Positions 50,711 through 63,713 of a stretch of DNA of 64,000 bases are shown in pieces. The notes under the pieces were generated by a model. That model had not been told where the DNA came from, did no database searches, and was given only the letters and a program-made list of their open reading frames with translations. The DNA is taken from assembly GCF_009914755.1 (NCBI RefSeq), contig NC_060926.1; one strand, 5' to 3'. How positions within the stretch are numbered: position 1 is the first letter of the stretch; the number at the start of each line of letters is the position of its first letter. Source of the stretch: the human T2T-CHM13v2.0 reference genome, Homo sapiens. The translations under genes and the position numbers were made by a program.

Positions 50711-51174
50711 TGAGGTAGGAGGCAGGGCTTGAACAGCAGGCAAAATTGAAGCCTAGCCAAAACACGTCCAGGGCAGAAGCATCTCCCCATAAGACACTCC
50801 CAACAGTGTGCCATGTCAGTTTGCCATTGCCAGGGCACCACCTGGCAGTTACCATGATTTTCCATGGCAACAACCTAACAACCTGGAAGTTACAACCCTC
50901 ATTCTAGAAATTTCTGCATAAACTGCCTCTCAATATGCATGTAATTACAGTAAGTATAAATATGAGTGCAGAACTGCCTGTGAGCTACTATCTAGGCATA
51001 TGCCTATGGTGTAGCTCTGCTCTGCAAGGAGCAGTCTCTGCTGCTGCTATACATTGCCACTTCAATAAAAGTTGCTGCTTAACACTACCAGCTTGCTCTT
51101 GAATTATTTCCTGAGTGAAGCCAAGAACCCTCCTGGGCTAAGTCTCAATTTTGGGCCTTGCCTGTCTTGCATTA
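50711..51174 (+). mobile_element. MER66-like ERV1 solo LTR
   Basis: tgaggtaggaggcaggg...ccatgtcagtttgccattgcc...aataaaagttgctg; TSD catc/catc inside the L1. Confidence 0.8.
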
Positions 51175-51727
51175 CATCAACAGATGAATGGGTTAGGAAA
51201 TTGTTGTACATATATACAGTGGACTACAATACAGCTATAAAAAAGAATGAGATCCCGTCATTTGCAACAACCTGGATGTGACCGGAGATTATATTGAGTG
51301 AGGTGCTCATTGCCAGGTGTCGCCCTGGCAATGGCAAACTGACATAGCACACTGGTGGGCATGTCTTATGGGGAGACGCTTCTGTCCTGGAGCTGTTTTT
51401 GTTAGTATTGAATTTAACCTGGTGTCCAAGCCCTGCCTCCAATGTTGAGTTCTGCCTTTTACCTCACATGGATACCTAGGTTGCTTCCAAATCAATAAGC
51501 CAGACACAGAAAGAAACAAATTGCAAGTTTTCACTTATTCACTGGATCTAAAATAAAAACTACTGAATTCATAGGAAAGAGAATAGAAGGATGGTTACTA
51601 GAGGCTGAGAAGGGTAGTACATGGCTGGGGGTGTGATGGGGATGGTTAATGTGTAAAAAAATAAATAAAATGAATAAGCTCTAGAATTTAGTAGCATAAC
51701 AGGGTGACTACAGTCAATAATGATTTA

Positions 51728-52024
<297 letters not shown>

Positions 52025-52358
52025 TTAATGTACACTTTAAAATAACTAAAAGAGTGTAATTGGATTGTTTGTAACAAAGGGTAAATGTTTGAGGAGATGG
52101 ATATCCCAATCTGTATAATATGATTATTTCACATTGCATGCTTGCATCAAAACATCTCATGTACTGGACAAATATATACACCTTCTTTGTACCCCAAAAA
52201 TTAAAAATAAATTTAAAAATTATACATTTTTTCTCTGTAACAAAGCCTATATCAGAATCCAATCAGAAAACAAAAAATACATGGTAATTTGAACAGGAAA
52301 AACTTAACATGAAGAATTAACTAGAGTTTGGACTGATGGGCTTTGGCTAGTAAGAGGT

Positions 52359-52732
52359 TGTTTTAGTCCATTCTTACACTGCTATAAAGAACTAACTGAA
52401 AGTGGGTAAATTATGAGGAAAAGAGTTTTAATTGACTCACAGTCCCACAGGATTAACGGGAAGTATGACTGGGAGGCCTCAGGAAACTTGTAATCATGAC
52501 AGAAGGCAAAGGGGAAGCACGCACATCTTAAATGGTGGAGCAGGAAAGAGAGAGTGAAGAGGGAGTGCCATATACATTTAAACCATCAGATCTCATGAGA
52601 GCTTACTATCATAAGAACAGCAAGGGGGAAATCTGCCCCCATGATCCAATCACCTCTCAATGCCCTTTCCCTGACACATGAATTACAATTCAACATGAGA
52701 TTTGGGTGAGAACACAGAGCCAAACCATATCA
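52359..52732 (-). mobile_element. THE1/MST-type MaLR solo LTR
   Basis: tgttttagtccattctt...caaaccatatca; TSD gaggt/gagat. Confidence 0.9.
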
Positions 52733-53199
52733 GAGATAAAGAAAATTCTAGAAAATACAGAAATAATAGACATAGTGAATGGCTATTACAACTAACTGCA
52801 AAATCCACAAAAGAACCCCATCCTCTCCCACTCGGGACTGATAGTCAAACTTCACTGGAGAGTAGTACCATGCATTGCAGAATGGCGGAGAAAGCTTGCT
52901 GAGATACTGTGCCAAAGACACTTGCTAGAAATACACCTTCTGGAGTGCCGGGCATAGCCATCACCAGAGAGGTTCTGTGTCTTGGAATTTTGCTCTAAAG
53001 CCATCCAAGAGATTGCTGGGGGAAGCTGCCCATGGGAACGTGCTGTGTGCCAATGTCACTGGGTGCTGTCCTGTACTGACAAACTTAACTTCATGTCAGC
53101 TAGCAAAGGGAAACAGTACAGCATCCAGCTATATAACTGCAAACCTGGAAATGAAGGACAGATTTGGAGCTGAGCAGTAATAAACTGATAACTGGCACA

Positions 53200-53490
53200 C
53201 CAGCCATTCCACTCCTAGATATTTATCTAAGAGAAATGAAAAGATATCTTTACAAAGATGACTTTTAAGAAGAATATTTACATCAGATTTATTCTGAATA
53301 ATCCTAGACTAGAAGTGTCATATAGTGGAAAACTACTTAGAAATAAAAGGGAACACAATTCTCATACTAAACAACATGGATCAATCTTCAAAATATTATG
53401 TTGGGCCAAAGTTGTCATACACAAACTATATAGGTGATATAATACAATTTGAAAGTATTTAAAAGGCAAAAACTTATCTATATTGAGTCA
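53200..53490 (+). mobile_element. L1ME/MC 3' fragment
   Basis: cagccattccactcctagatatttatc, acaacatggatcaatcttcaaaatattatgttg. Confidence 0.65.
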
Positions 53491-56460
53491 TCAGTAAAAT
53501 GGGAAAGATTAAAGAGTAGGATTTGGGGGCAAAATCAAGAAATACAGATACAAATGTGATATCAGGGTAAAAAGATATTTTCTAAGCAAGATGGCTATGG
53601 AAGAAGTGATAAAGGGAATCATTGTTAGATTTAACAACATTTCTGAATTATTTTTAAAAAACACACTTCTCTGAATTTCGTGGAATCAAAAGTGGTAGGC
53701 ACATATTTTGAGATGTCTCTCTTTTCTTCTATTCTTTCCTATTTCTTTAGAAATTATGCGTGTGGGTGTGAGCATGCACATGTGCAAATTTCTTTACACA
53801 CCAGAAAAAAATCAGATATTATAGTCAAAAGAATGTTCCACTTAATGACATAGTGAATTTAATGTTCTAATGAAAACACATGAGTACTTTTTCAAGAGGA
53901 TAATTCTACTGCACAGTAGCATGGTATTTGGTGAACATTACAGATCATTATTACTGTAATGGATGTTTTTCTCCAGATTTCCTGGTAGGAGATGTGGTGA
54001 GGTATTCCTCTGAATTTATGCATCTGAAATATGCCTACCAAGTCCAGAGCCTTAAACAGAGATCTTCTCTCTGAGCTGGTGTCTTGTTTAATAACCTGTA
54101 AATGACACTGTTATTGCTTCTTTGCCTCTCATTTATGAACACCATTATTTCTCACAGTGGGTTGTCTTTGTCAGAAAATAAGGGTAGAAAAAGTTTTTGA
54201 GCTTGTCAGAGATTTATTGATATAAATGAGAAAAAAAGTTGGGTCAAAATTAATGACAGTGGTTTTCTGTATAGGGTAAGGAGAACACATTTTAAAAATG
54301 ATGGCTCATTTTAAGATACATGATTCTGCCTTGGAACAATATCTCTTTTCTATTACTATGCTCTGGATTTCAAGTTTACATACTCATTTACTGTAGTTTT
54401 ATGCTGTCTAAGAAAAACAACAAAAGTTGGCTACATAAACAAGCAGAGGCCATCTGTCTTGAAACTCAGCATTTAAAAAGTTTTGCGTGTGTTGTTTCGT
54501 GACCATCAAACTATAGTATTTGGATTTAAGACATCTTTTGTTCATTATCAAACTGAACCATGATGGAAGGCATAAGCATGATAAAATGAATGCTTATCAG
54601 GACCAATCAGCTTTGTATTGTTCATAGTAATTTCAGCAAATACACAATTTGAAGGCTTATTGCTCCCTTGTCTCTCATCAGCAGAGAATAAGGAAATTAA
54701 ATCTGTAGAAAACATAAGTTTATTTGATACCTCAAATTTTAAAAAGCCCCTTTGGAGTAATTTGGGTTATAATAACCAAGTTTCCCTAATTGAAGAAAAA
54801 TCACCACTTATATAGCTAATTAGTCTGAGAAATGTTGATGTTTGAGTTGAAGTAGCAAATACTGACTGGAAGAGCCATGTATCTGCTAACATGGACACGC
54901 TTTCATCTCTGGTATTTTAAATGAATTTGTGACCTACATTCACGTTTCTTTTTAGTATTACTAATGTGATCAAATTCCAAGTTATTTTCCCTATGTCCCT
55001 CATTTTTCTTGCTTATAGAAAAACTTTTATATTCAGATTTTAGTAGTGAAGGAATTATAGTTTCTAATGCTTTAATAGCTTTCAAAATAATAAAGAGGAA
55101 TAAAAGTAGAGTTGAATGCATTGTTGGTTGAAATGCCACTTTAGAAAATGAAGTTTGATTTATTTCAAGGATAGATTTAGTGAGAGTAAGGGAAAGCATG
55201 TTTAAGAGCTAAAACACTTTTAATGACTCTTTACCAACTTCTGTTTCTTTTAGGGAGGGAGGTCTCAGGAAACGATGACATGCTGAGAATTTTGATGGCT
55301 GATCTTGCCATGGAGAACTTTGCAAGTTTGTGGGCCTAGAATTCAACTCTTTTCCTAGCTGCTAAAGTTGCTGTCTGTTACTTAGCATTCACTCTGATAT
55401 TTCTTATCAGTATTGACAAATGTGCTATGGGACAAACTGAGTGTTAAGAGCACAGCTTAGATAATTCACACAAAAAATGTGGAGACTATAAACCATTTCT
55501 TCTCTGCTGTATGATTACTGACTTAAATTTCCAAGATAATTAGCTTCAGGTGAGGGTAAATGCCAATGCACATTTGTGTTGAATTTTTGTTCAACTAATA
55601 TAGTTAACCAGTGAGGTGTTAAAAGTGTTGGAAGGTAGACTACCAAAACAAATTAAACTATTTTAGGAACAAATCTGATACTTTCTAAAAAAAATGAATA
55701 CCCAAGTTTGAAGTAGAAGAAGGAATGAGATTCTTTATTATGGGAAGAATGGAAACCAATAAGCCAATTTCCTAAGTTTTATCAAGCAAAAAGCTGTGTG
55801 TAAGCAGAAGCCCTAAGCAATGGATCATATGTGATTGTGTCATGCACGACATTGGCAAATTGATTTTTATTAGCTTCCCTAGACCTTTCACATAAATTTG
55901 ATAACACATTTTGCTGTTGGGAAAACTGAGATTACTTAGAAGTGCTAGGATTATAATATATTTGATATGGCTAACATAGGACAGTTAGGGTATCAGTAGC
56001 AGTTTCTGATTTTCTATGCTTTGTAGAATCATGAGTTCTGTTTTGACCTTGGGTTCTTTTCACAAAGTGAAATTATATAATGGATGCTTTGTTTTTTGGA
56101 CTGGAAGTCTGTATTGATTGATGAAATGCTCCAAGAATTCCGGGAAAATTGAATGTCTTGAGAGTTTTAATCTAGAGTCCCTACATCCAACTCCCAACTC
56201 TTTCCTATTCTCCCAAAGCCTACTCCTTTACACAAATAAATGTTTCCGTTTAGGGTTACTAGATCCTACTGTGGCAGTGAACACCATGTGGATGAGAATA
56301 AATGCAGGATTCCTACTATGTTTGAGATTTAAGTTGCTGAGTTTCCCATAAAGTTATGTTCCAGGTGTTTTTAATTTCCTTCTCTTAGTTTTGATAACTG
56401 AATATAGTTTTATCAGTCTACCACAATAAAGTATTATTTAAAAGTATATATTAATAAATA

Positions 56461-59400
56461 TGTTTGTTTTCTTATCAAATGACAGTTATATTTCCAAGTT
56501 AGCCCTTTATTCTTCCTGGTTTTGTATTTATGTGACAGGAATGACTCACTTCACTATATATTTCTATTTAGCCAGAGAACATCATCACTAATTTTGAAAA
56601 AGATTATGCTTTGAGAACCTAAACATTTTAAACATCAGTGGCAGGTATGCAGATGGAAGTAAGTTATATTTTGAAACTATGCTTTAAAAGACTCACATAA
56701 AAAACAATGACATGTATATAATTTTTATGCTATATACCATATTCAGAACAAAGGAAAGGAACTACTCTGTTACTTAAAAAATAACATTTTTCCCTGAAAC
56801 CTTAAACTTTCCTCAAAAATTAATATGTGCATTACAGAAAAAACAGAAGTTCAAGAGGCAAAAACACAAAATCTTCCAAAATTATAAGGAGTTTACAGTT
56901 TGATGTGTCTTTCTGAGTCCTTGTAGATATATAATGATAAATGAGCATACAGTTTCATGTGGTTTCAATTCTAAAGTATGTATTGCTTTTTTATGTTGTG
57001 AATATTTACTAATTCTAAGTCCCAAAGCCATGATAACCAAGAATACGTGCCAATCACTCAATCAAGAAAAAGTGTAATTCTGACTTTCATGGGGACAAAA
57101 TTTCATAAAGACAAAATTGGCAAAAGGCATTTGGATAAATATTGGTAGAGTTACAAGAATATACTGTGTTGGCCAGGCACAGTGCTCGCATCTCTAATCC
57201 CAGCACTATGGGAGAATGGGTGGCAAGATCACTTGAGGCCAGGAGTTTGAGACCAGCCTGGGCAACAGAGCAAGACCTTGTCCCTACAATTTTTTTTTTT
57301 AATTAGCCAGGCATGGCAGTGCGTGCCTGTAGTCTTAGCTACTTGGGAGGCTGAGGCAGGAGGATGTCTTGCACCCAGGAGTTTGAAACCATGATGAGCT
57401 TTAATTGCACCACTGCACTCCAGCCTGGGTGACAGACCCAGACTGTCTCAAAAAAAAAACAAACAAAAAAAAACTACACATTTCCTTAATGTTCAATTTA
57501 AAATGTGGCAGGAGAATACAAGTATGATGCTTCTGTGAGAATTTATTATCAGATCTATACTATTAAAATATCAGGAAGAAAATGTTCCCATCAAATTATT
57601 TAATAGCGTATTCATATATTATAGCCCCAAGTGAAGCACATATGCATCAATGGATATTATTAAATTATGAATGTGTATAGAACTGCATAATCCCACTCTG
57701 CACTTTCTTTTGTCCCTCCCCACTAACCCAGTGAACAACCCTGATGCATGCTTAGAGATGCTTTAAAATTCCCTGTCCATAATGCTTATTCAGTATTAAT
57801 TATAATATATCTACAAATTGGTTAACTCTGCTATTTATCACATATTGCTACCTCAATATATGGAAGATCTTAGATGTTAAGAAATAAACAATGCACATTG
57901 TTCTTAATAAACACAGGCACTCACAAAATATCCATGTATAGAACTTTGGTCTGTGCTATCTTCCACAAAAGGATATACTATCAAGGAGTCCATTTTTCTT
58001 CTTCCACCATCTCAGTGACTAAGCACAAAAATGTGCCTAGCTCCAAAAGGTTGATTGACAAAAAGCAATTCCCAAAGATAGTATTTCTTAATCAATGAAC
58101 ACAAGTCTATTTATAAAGAGGTTATTTTTATCACCTCTACTTTTAGGCACTTAGGAATCATTTGTTTTATAAATATAGATCAATAGTAACTAAAATGCAC
58201 ATACAGAACAGTAGTTAGACAATCTCCTCTGGTTTAACAGCTCCTGGGTATAGAACCCTACTCTGCCTCTGCCACCCAGAGAACAGTCCCATTCCCAAAA
58301 GGCAAATATCCATATGACTTCCTAACAAAAAAGTGTTTTTATAGCCTCTGCTTTCAATACAGGTTGTGTACTTAAAACATCTAGAAAGGCTAGATATTTA
58401 AAATAAAGCTTGTTTGTGCACTATATACACAATAGCATCGAATAAATTGCATGCATGGGCCAAAGGCTAATATAAAAGCATCTTTTCAACAGGAACCTTC
58501 TAGCCTAGAACCTTTTCTTTTTGTACCCCTCTCAACCCACTGTACAAGTGTAAGCATCTGTAATGCTTAGAGATGATTTTAATAATTTTACATCCACAAG
58601 TCATTTTCAGAATATACATTTTTACACAAAATATACTGGTTTATAAACTTTGTCATACAGTGGCAATCTCCTTAACTCCTGATGTAAAATTAAGACTCAT
58701 TTTTCCATTATATTTGCATATACATATATGACAAGTACATAGACCTATTCAGCTCACTGTAAACTAACTGGAGTAGAACCTTTGCACTTCATTCTCTCCT
58801 TCCTCCCCTGAAACCAGTGTACAAACATAATGTGCTACCCGAAGAAGTGGTTTGGTCACTTCATTTCTAAAAGAAATGTTTCACATAAACTTTAAGAGTA
58901 TTTAAAAATTATCATATTAAAATTTGTCTAGTGAAAACAAAATATATACAGTATAGCAAAGTTAAAATTCACATTAGGATGTAGGGCATCAGATAATCAG
59001 AAATTTTCTAGTACGCACCAGAAAACTTTTGAAACTTCTTTCCTCCCACCTTCTTCAACCCAATGAGTAAGTACAAACAATATAATGCTCAAAGTAGTAG
59101 TTTAACAATTCCATTTCCAAAGATAATATTACATAAGTTTTAAAAGCTATTTACAAAGTGTTTTTTAGTACCTCTACTTTTAAATATAGCTGGTACTTAG
59201 GAACATCTAGAAAGACTATGTACTCCAAATAGGAACTTGTCCATTATAAATAATACTGTTAAATAAAACTACACAAACAATTCTAATCAGAAAGTCTCTA
59301 AATATGACCATTCTGACCTTGAATTATTTCTTCCTTTCTTTCTTCTCTTTACGACCTTTCCAGTGGCCAAGTACAGATTATGTAATATGAAGTATAATTG

Positions 59401-59790
59401 AACAAATCCATATCCAAGTCATTTACAGAAGTCAAGTTTTCCTGTGAGTTTTGAAACAAAGTGTATAAAATGTACTGATCTTATTTTTACTAAATCTACT
59501 GTGTCATACACTGGCAATCTTTTTAACATATCTAGTAACTATTAATAGATGTTGGAAAATTAGGAGTCATTTTTCTATTGATATGCTACATATACAGCAA
59601 AACACAATACACATAACATCCGGGAAGTGGTTTATTTGAAACTGTCTGTCTACTAATAACACTAAGAAAATTATCTTTTGTAATTTCTTCCTTCCCACTT
59701 TTGTTAAACCATTGAACAGTATTGATAGTGTTATACTGGTCTTGGAAGTATTTTTTTTAAAGTAAGGAAGAAGGAATTACAAAAGATAAT
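56461..59790 (-). pseudogene. Putative processed pseudogene of the lncRNA NORAD (LINC00657); core repeat array 57640-59790, 3' extension tentative
   Basis: About 8 degenerate ~250-350-bp units; 4 perfect minus-strand UGUANAUA motifs plus several 1-mismatch copies; resemblance to recalled NORAD sequence; candidate AATAAA (56505-56510) and decayed A-tail (56461-56473). Confidence 0.7.
57171..57473 (+). mobile_element. AluJ inserted into the putative NORAD-like sequence
   Basis: Diverged Alu with ggaggatgtcttgcacccaggagtttga. Confidence 0.92.
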
Positions 59791-59794
59791 TTTC

Positions 59795-61358
59795 TTAGTG
59801 TTACTTTGAACACAATATTTTGAAGTATGTCTACATTGGGAAATGGTTCAATTAAGTCAATTAAAATATGCATTATCTCACATTCCTATTTTTGTAGTAA
59901 GAACTATTAAAATCTATTTTTTCAGAGATTTTCAAGGATACAATACATTGTCATTAACTGCAGTCACCATGTTGCAAAATACATCTCTTGAACTTATTTC
60001 TCTGTAACTAAAATTTTGTATCCTTTGACCAGCCCAGCATCTTCTCAACCCCCTATACAACCTCTAGTCCCTAGTAACCAGCATTCTACTCTCTACTTCT
60101 GTGAGTTCAACTTTTTAGATTCCACCTGTGAGATTTTGGCATTATTTGTCTTTTTGTGCCTTGATTATTTCACTTAACATGATACCCTCCAAGTTTATCT
60201 ATGTCGTCACAAATAGCAAGATATCCCTCTTTTTTAAGGCTGAGTAGTGTTCCATTTTGTGTAAGTACCACATTACCTTCATCCAATGATAAATACATAG
60301 GTGGTTTATATATCTTGACTACTGTGAGTAATACTGCAATGAACATGGGAGTGCAGACATCTCTCTGACATATAGATTTCATTTCTTTTGGATATATACC
60401 CAGTAGTGGGATTGCTGGATCGTATGGTACTTCCATTTTTAATTTTTTGAGAAACCTTCATACTGTTTTTGATAATGGCTATACTAATTTTCATTTCAGC
60501 ATGTGCAAGAGTCCCCTTTTCTCCACATCCTTGTCATAGCTTATCTTTTTTCTTTTTGATAACAGACATTCCAACAGCCATGCGAGGATACTGTGGTTTT
60601 ATTTTGCATTTTTCTGATGATTTGTGCCTTAGTCCATTTGTGCAGCTATAACGGAATACCTGAACCTAGGTAATTTATAAAGAATAGAGACATATTTCTT
60701 ACAGTTCCGGTGGCTAGAAAGTTGAAGTCTTCCCGACTGGTGAGGGCCTTCCTTCACCAAATGTGAAGCATCTTTCACCATCTGGTGAGCGTCATCCCAT
60801 GGTGAAAAGTGGAAGAACAAGATAGTGTGAAAGCATGTACATGTGAGAGAAGGGGACCCAAACTCATTGTATTTATCAGGAACTCACCCCATCAATAATG
60901 GCATTAATTCATTAATGAGGACAGGACCCTCATGACCTAATCATTTCTTAAAGGTTCCACCTCTCAACACTGTTGCATTGGAGATTAAGTTTCCAACACA
61001 CGAACTTTAGGGAACACATTCGAACCATAGCATTTAGTGATGTTAAACATTCTTTAATATACCTGTGGGTCATTTGCATATCCTATTTAGAGAATGTCTA
61101 TTCAGGTGCTTTTCTTATTTTAAAAGCAAGTTATTTTGTTGTCTTGCTTTTAAGTTGTTTGAATTCCTTATATATTTTGAATATTCCTTAACAGATGTAC
61201 AATTTGCAAATATTTTATCCCATTCTCTGTGTAGTCTCCTTACTTTGCTGATTGTTCCTTTGTTGTGTGGGAGCTTTATAAATTGATGTATTCTCATTTG
61301 TCTATTTTTGGTAGTGTTACCTCTGTTTTTGGGATCATCTCCAAAAAAATCATTGCCC
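59795..61358 (-). mobile_element. L1MA (5-8-like) 3' fragment
   Basis: Antisense L1MA 3' UTR; ORF 60170..60436 ([18 protein letters not shown]). Confidence 0.85.
60625..61032 (-). mobile_element. MST/MLT1A-type MaLR solo LTR nested in the L1MA
   Basis: tgccttagtccatttgtgcagctataac...acacattcgaaccatagca. Confidence 0.85.
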
Positions 61359-61708
61359 GGTACAGTCCTTAAAGATTCATCATTAAGATTTTTGAAAATA
61401 TGCAGTATATGAGGGGCATTTAAATAACCTATAAATTTGTCTTTAGCAGTGAAGCAGCATCAATGGTTCTGTCAACCAGCTTTGATTATTCCAAAGAACT
61501 TAGAAGTGCAAAGAGGAGTCAGTCTATGAATAAAATCTAAGCCATGACCTTAATAGTAAACTCTTATTTAATGACAGCTTATCATATTTATTGCATTACA
61601 GTGGAATACCACGATTACAATACTGGGGTGAAATAGAGATCAGCGGTTCTTTTTGTCCTAAGGCTAGAATTTGGAAAGTGCTATGATGGGATAAGTATTG
61701 GTTACAGA

Positions 61709-63210
61709 TATTATGGCAGTGATGGCCTGTCTAGAGCAGCTGCTGCCATGATGCTGGCTGCAGTGGGGGAGGTGCAGCCAGCATCATGAGGTGGGAGCCC
61801 TGCCCCCTTCTGAGTTCGTGGGCAGGAGTCCTGCACTTCATGATGCAGCTGCAGCCACCCAGCCATGGCTGTGGACCTGGGCATCACTCTGCTCTTGGGG
61901 GCCCAGGAGGCCTCTTGCCCCTGCAGGCTTGAAAGTGCCTGCTCTCACTCCCTGCACCTGCTCAAATTTTGGAGCAAAATTGAAGCTGACCCCTGGTGCG
62001 ATTACAACCCAGCCAGGTGTGCATGTACTCAAGGTGGCACTGACACACCAGCCCCCTGCCACCTTGGCCCTCTCTGGATTTTGGGTGATAATGAGTACAG
62101 GAGGGAAGACAAGGGTGGCTTCATATGGACCTGCAGGCACCCCTCAGCATGAACAGCCTAGGTACCATGGACAACATGATTGATGGTGGCAAGAGGCAGG
62201 CAGGCTCCTGGGCAGAAAAGGGAAGGTCCTTGGCAAAGCCCCACCTTCAAGCCAGGGATGGCCTGAAGCCTAGAGGTTTGGCTGCCAGTTCTATGAACTG
62301 GAGTGAGAACTTATGGTGCTTTTCCAGGCCCACCCATGGAGCACATGGACAGATCAGCATGGACTTCATCCCCTCTGAAGCCCATAAAAATCCTGGAGTC
62401 AGCCGCAACTTGGGGATACGACCTGCCTGTGGGAAGGAGCTACCCACTCTGGCTCTCGTCTTGGCTGTGAGCTGCACACTTGTACGGATGACCTGCCTGT
62501 GGAAAGGAGCTGTCCTTTGTATGTCTCCTGGGAACTGTTCAACTGCTCAATGAAGCTCCTCTCTACCTTGCTCACCCTCCAGTTGTCCGTGTACTTTGTT
62601 CTTCCTGGATACAGGACAAAAACTCAGGACCTGCCAAATGGCAGGACTAAAAGAGCTGTAACAGAAACAGGGCTGAAACATGCTCCCCACCACATCCCGC
62701 TCACCACATCGTAGGCAATGGGGACAGACGAGTTGTAGCCTTTCATGGAGCACAGACCTAGGGGATCCCTGAGCCAGGGCTGTGACACCCTCTGTGGAGT
62801 TCTATGGTTCTTGGCATCTCCAAGCTTCCGAATGCTACTGCATTTCCCTTGTCCAGATATGGATGCCTGCAGCAGAAGCTGTATGTAGCACATCTGGTCC
62901 AGCTGCAGCCTTGCACAGAGCCATCACCTGTGTTGGCATCTGGAGCTGCCTGCCCTCTGCAGCAGCTAGCCTGTCTGGCTGTGCGCAATGGCTGGGCCCC
63001 ATTCTCACTCATTTACACACCTCTCACCACTCTGTGCCTGGCTCGCCCTTGGCAGGTGTGGGATCTGGGCTGGTAACAAGACCTGAACACAGCCTGCTGG
63101 GCCGAGTGGGTGGAACAAGCCCAGTGGGCATGAGCAATACTTAGGCAGAAGGCGCCACCAGCCACAGAGGTTTCCAGCTGGTGAAGTGACACCTCAAGGA
63201 TCCTGTGACA
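61709..63210 (+). mobile_element. MER52A-like ERV1 long solo LTR
   Basis: atggcagtgatggcctgtctagagcagctgctgccatg...ggatcctgtgaca; TSD caga/caga; GC-rich. Confidence 0.85.
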
Positions 63211-63713
63211 CAGAGAAACAGCAGTCGAATCTCACTGGGAACATAAGGAATGCTTCAGTGAGTGACTCCTGCCAGAGTTAGATTTCGAGAAGCATAGGAG
63301 ATGGTTAGACGGAGAGGGGTTAATTTCCTAGCAAAGAGTGCTAGCAGTATATGAAAAGTAGGAGAATAGGAAACAATTCTAGAAACAGTAGGATGTGTTG
63401 AGAGGTGGAAAACAAGGACCAATATTGGGAGCCACCTAAAAATGGGATGATTTCCCTATTAACCAAGTATGAAATAAATTCACTTTGAAATGACAGAGAT
63501 GTCTTCATTAACTGAGAAAGTAAAAGCTTCATTTTGGGGCTCTTATCGGAGTAGAAGGAAGCCTCCTCAGTTTGAGGCATGGAAGAAAGGAAAACAGTCT
63601 CAATCACAAGCTCTGGATGTCAAAAACATTAGGGTGGTAGACACACATCAGGGCCTTCCTGGCACCAGGGCTCTGCAGTCCACCTTCCAGCTTCCATTTA
63701 AAATAGGGTTTCT

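Noticed and set aside
56713-56929. Plus-strand TGTATATA and TGTAGATA motifs as PREs
   Set aside because: They are on the opposite strand from the array's PREs, lie outside the repeat units, and are compatible with chance in AT-rich DNA.
61791-63144. Cluster of 70-140-aa ORFs in a GC-rich island
   Set aside because: All lie within a MER52-like LTR, which is CpG-depleted and shows no recognisable protein.
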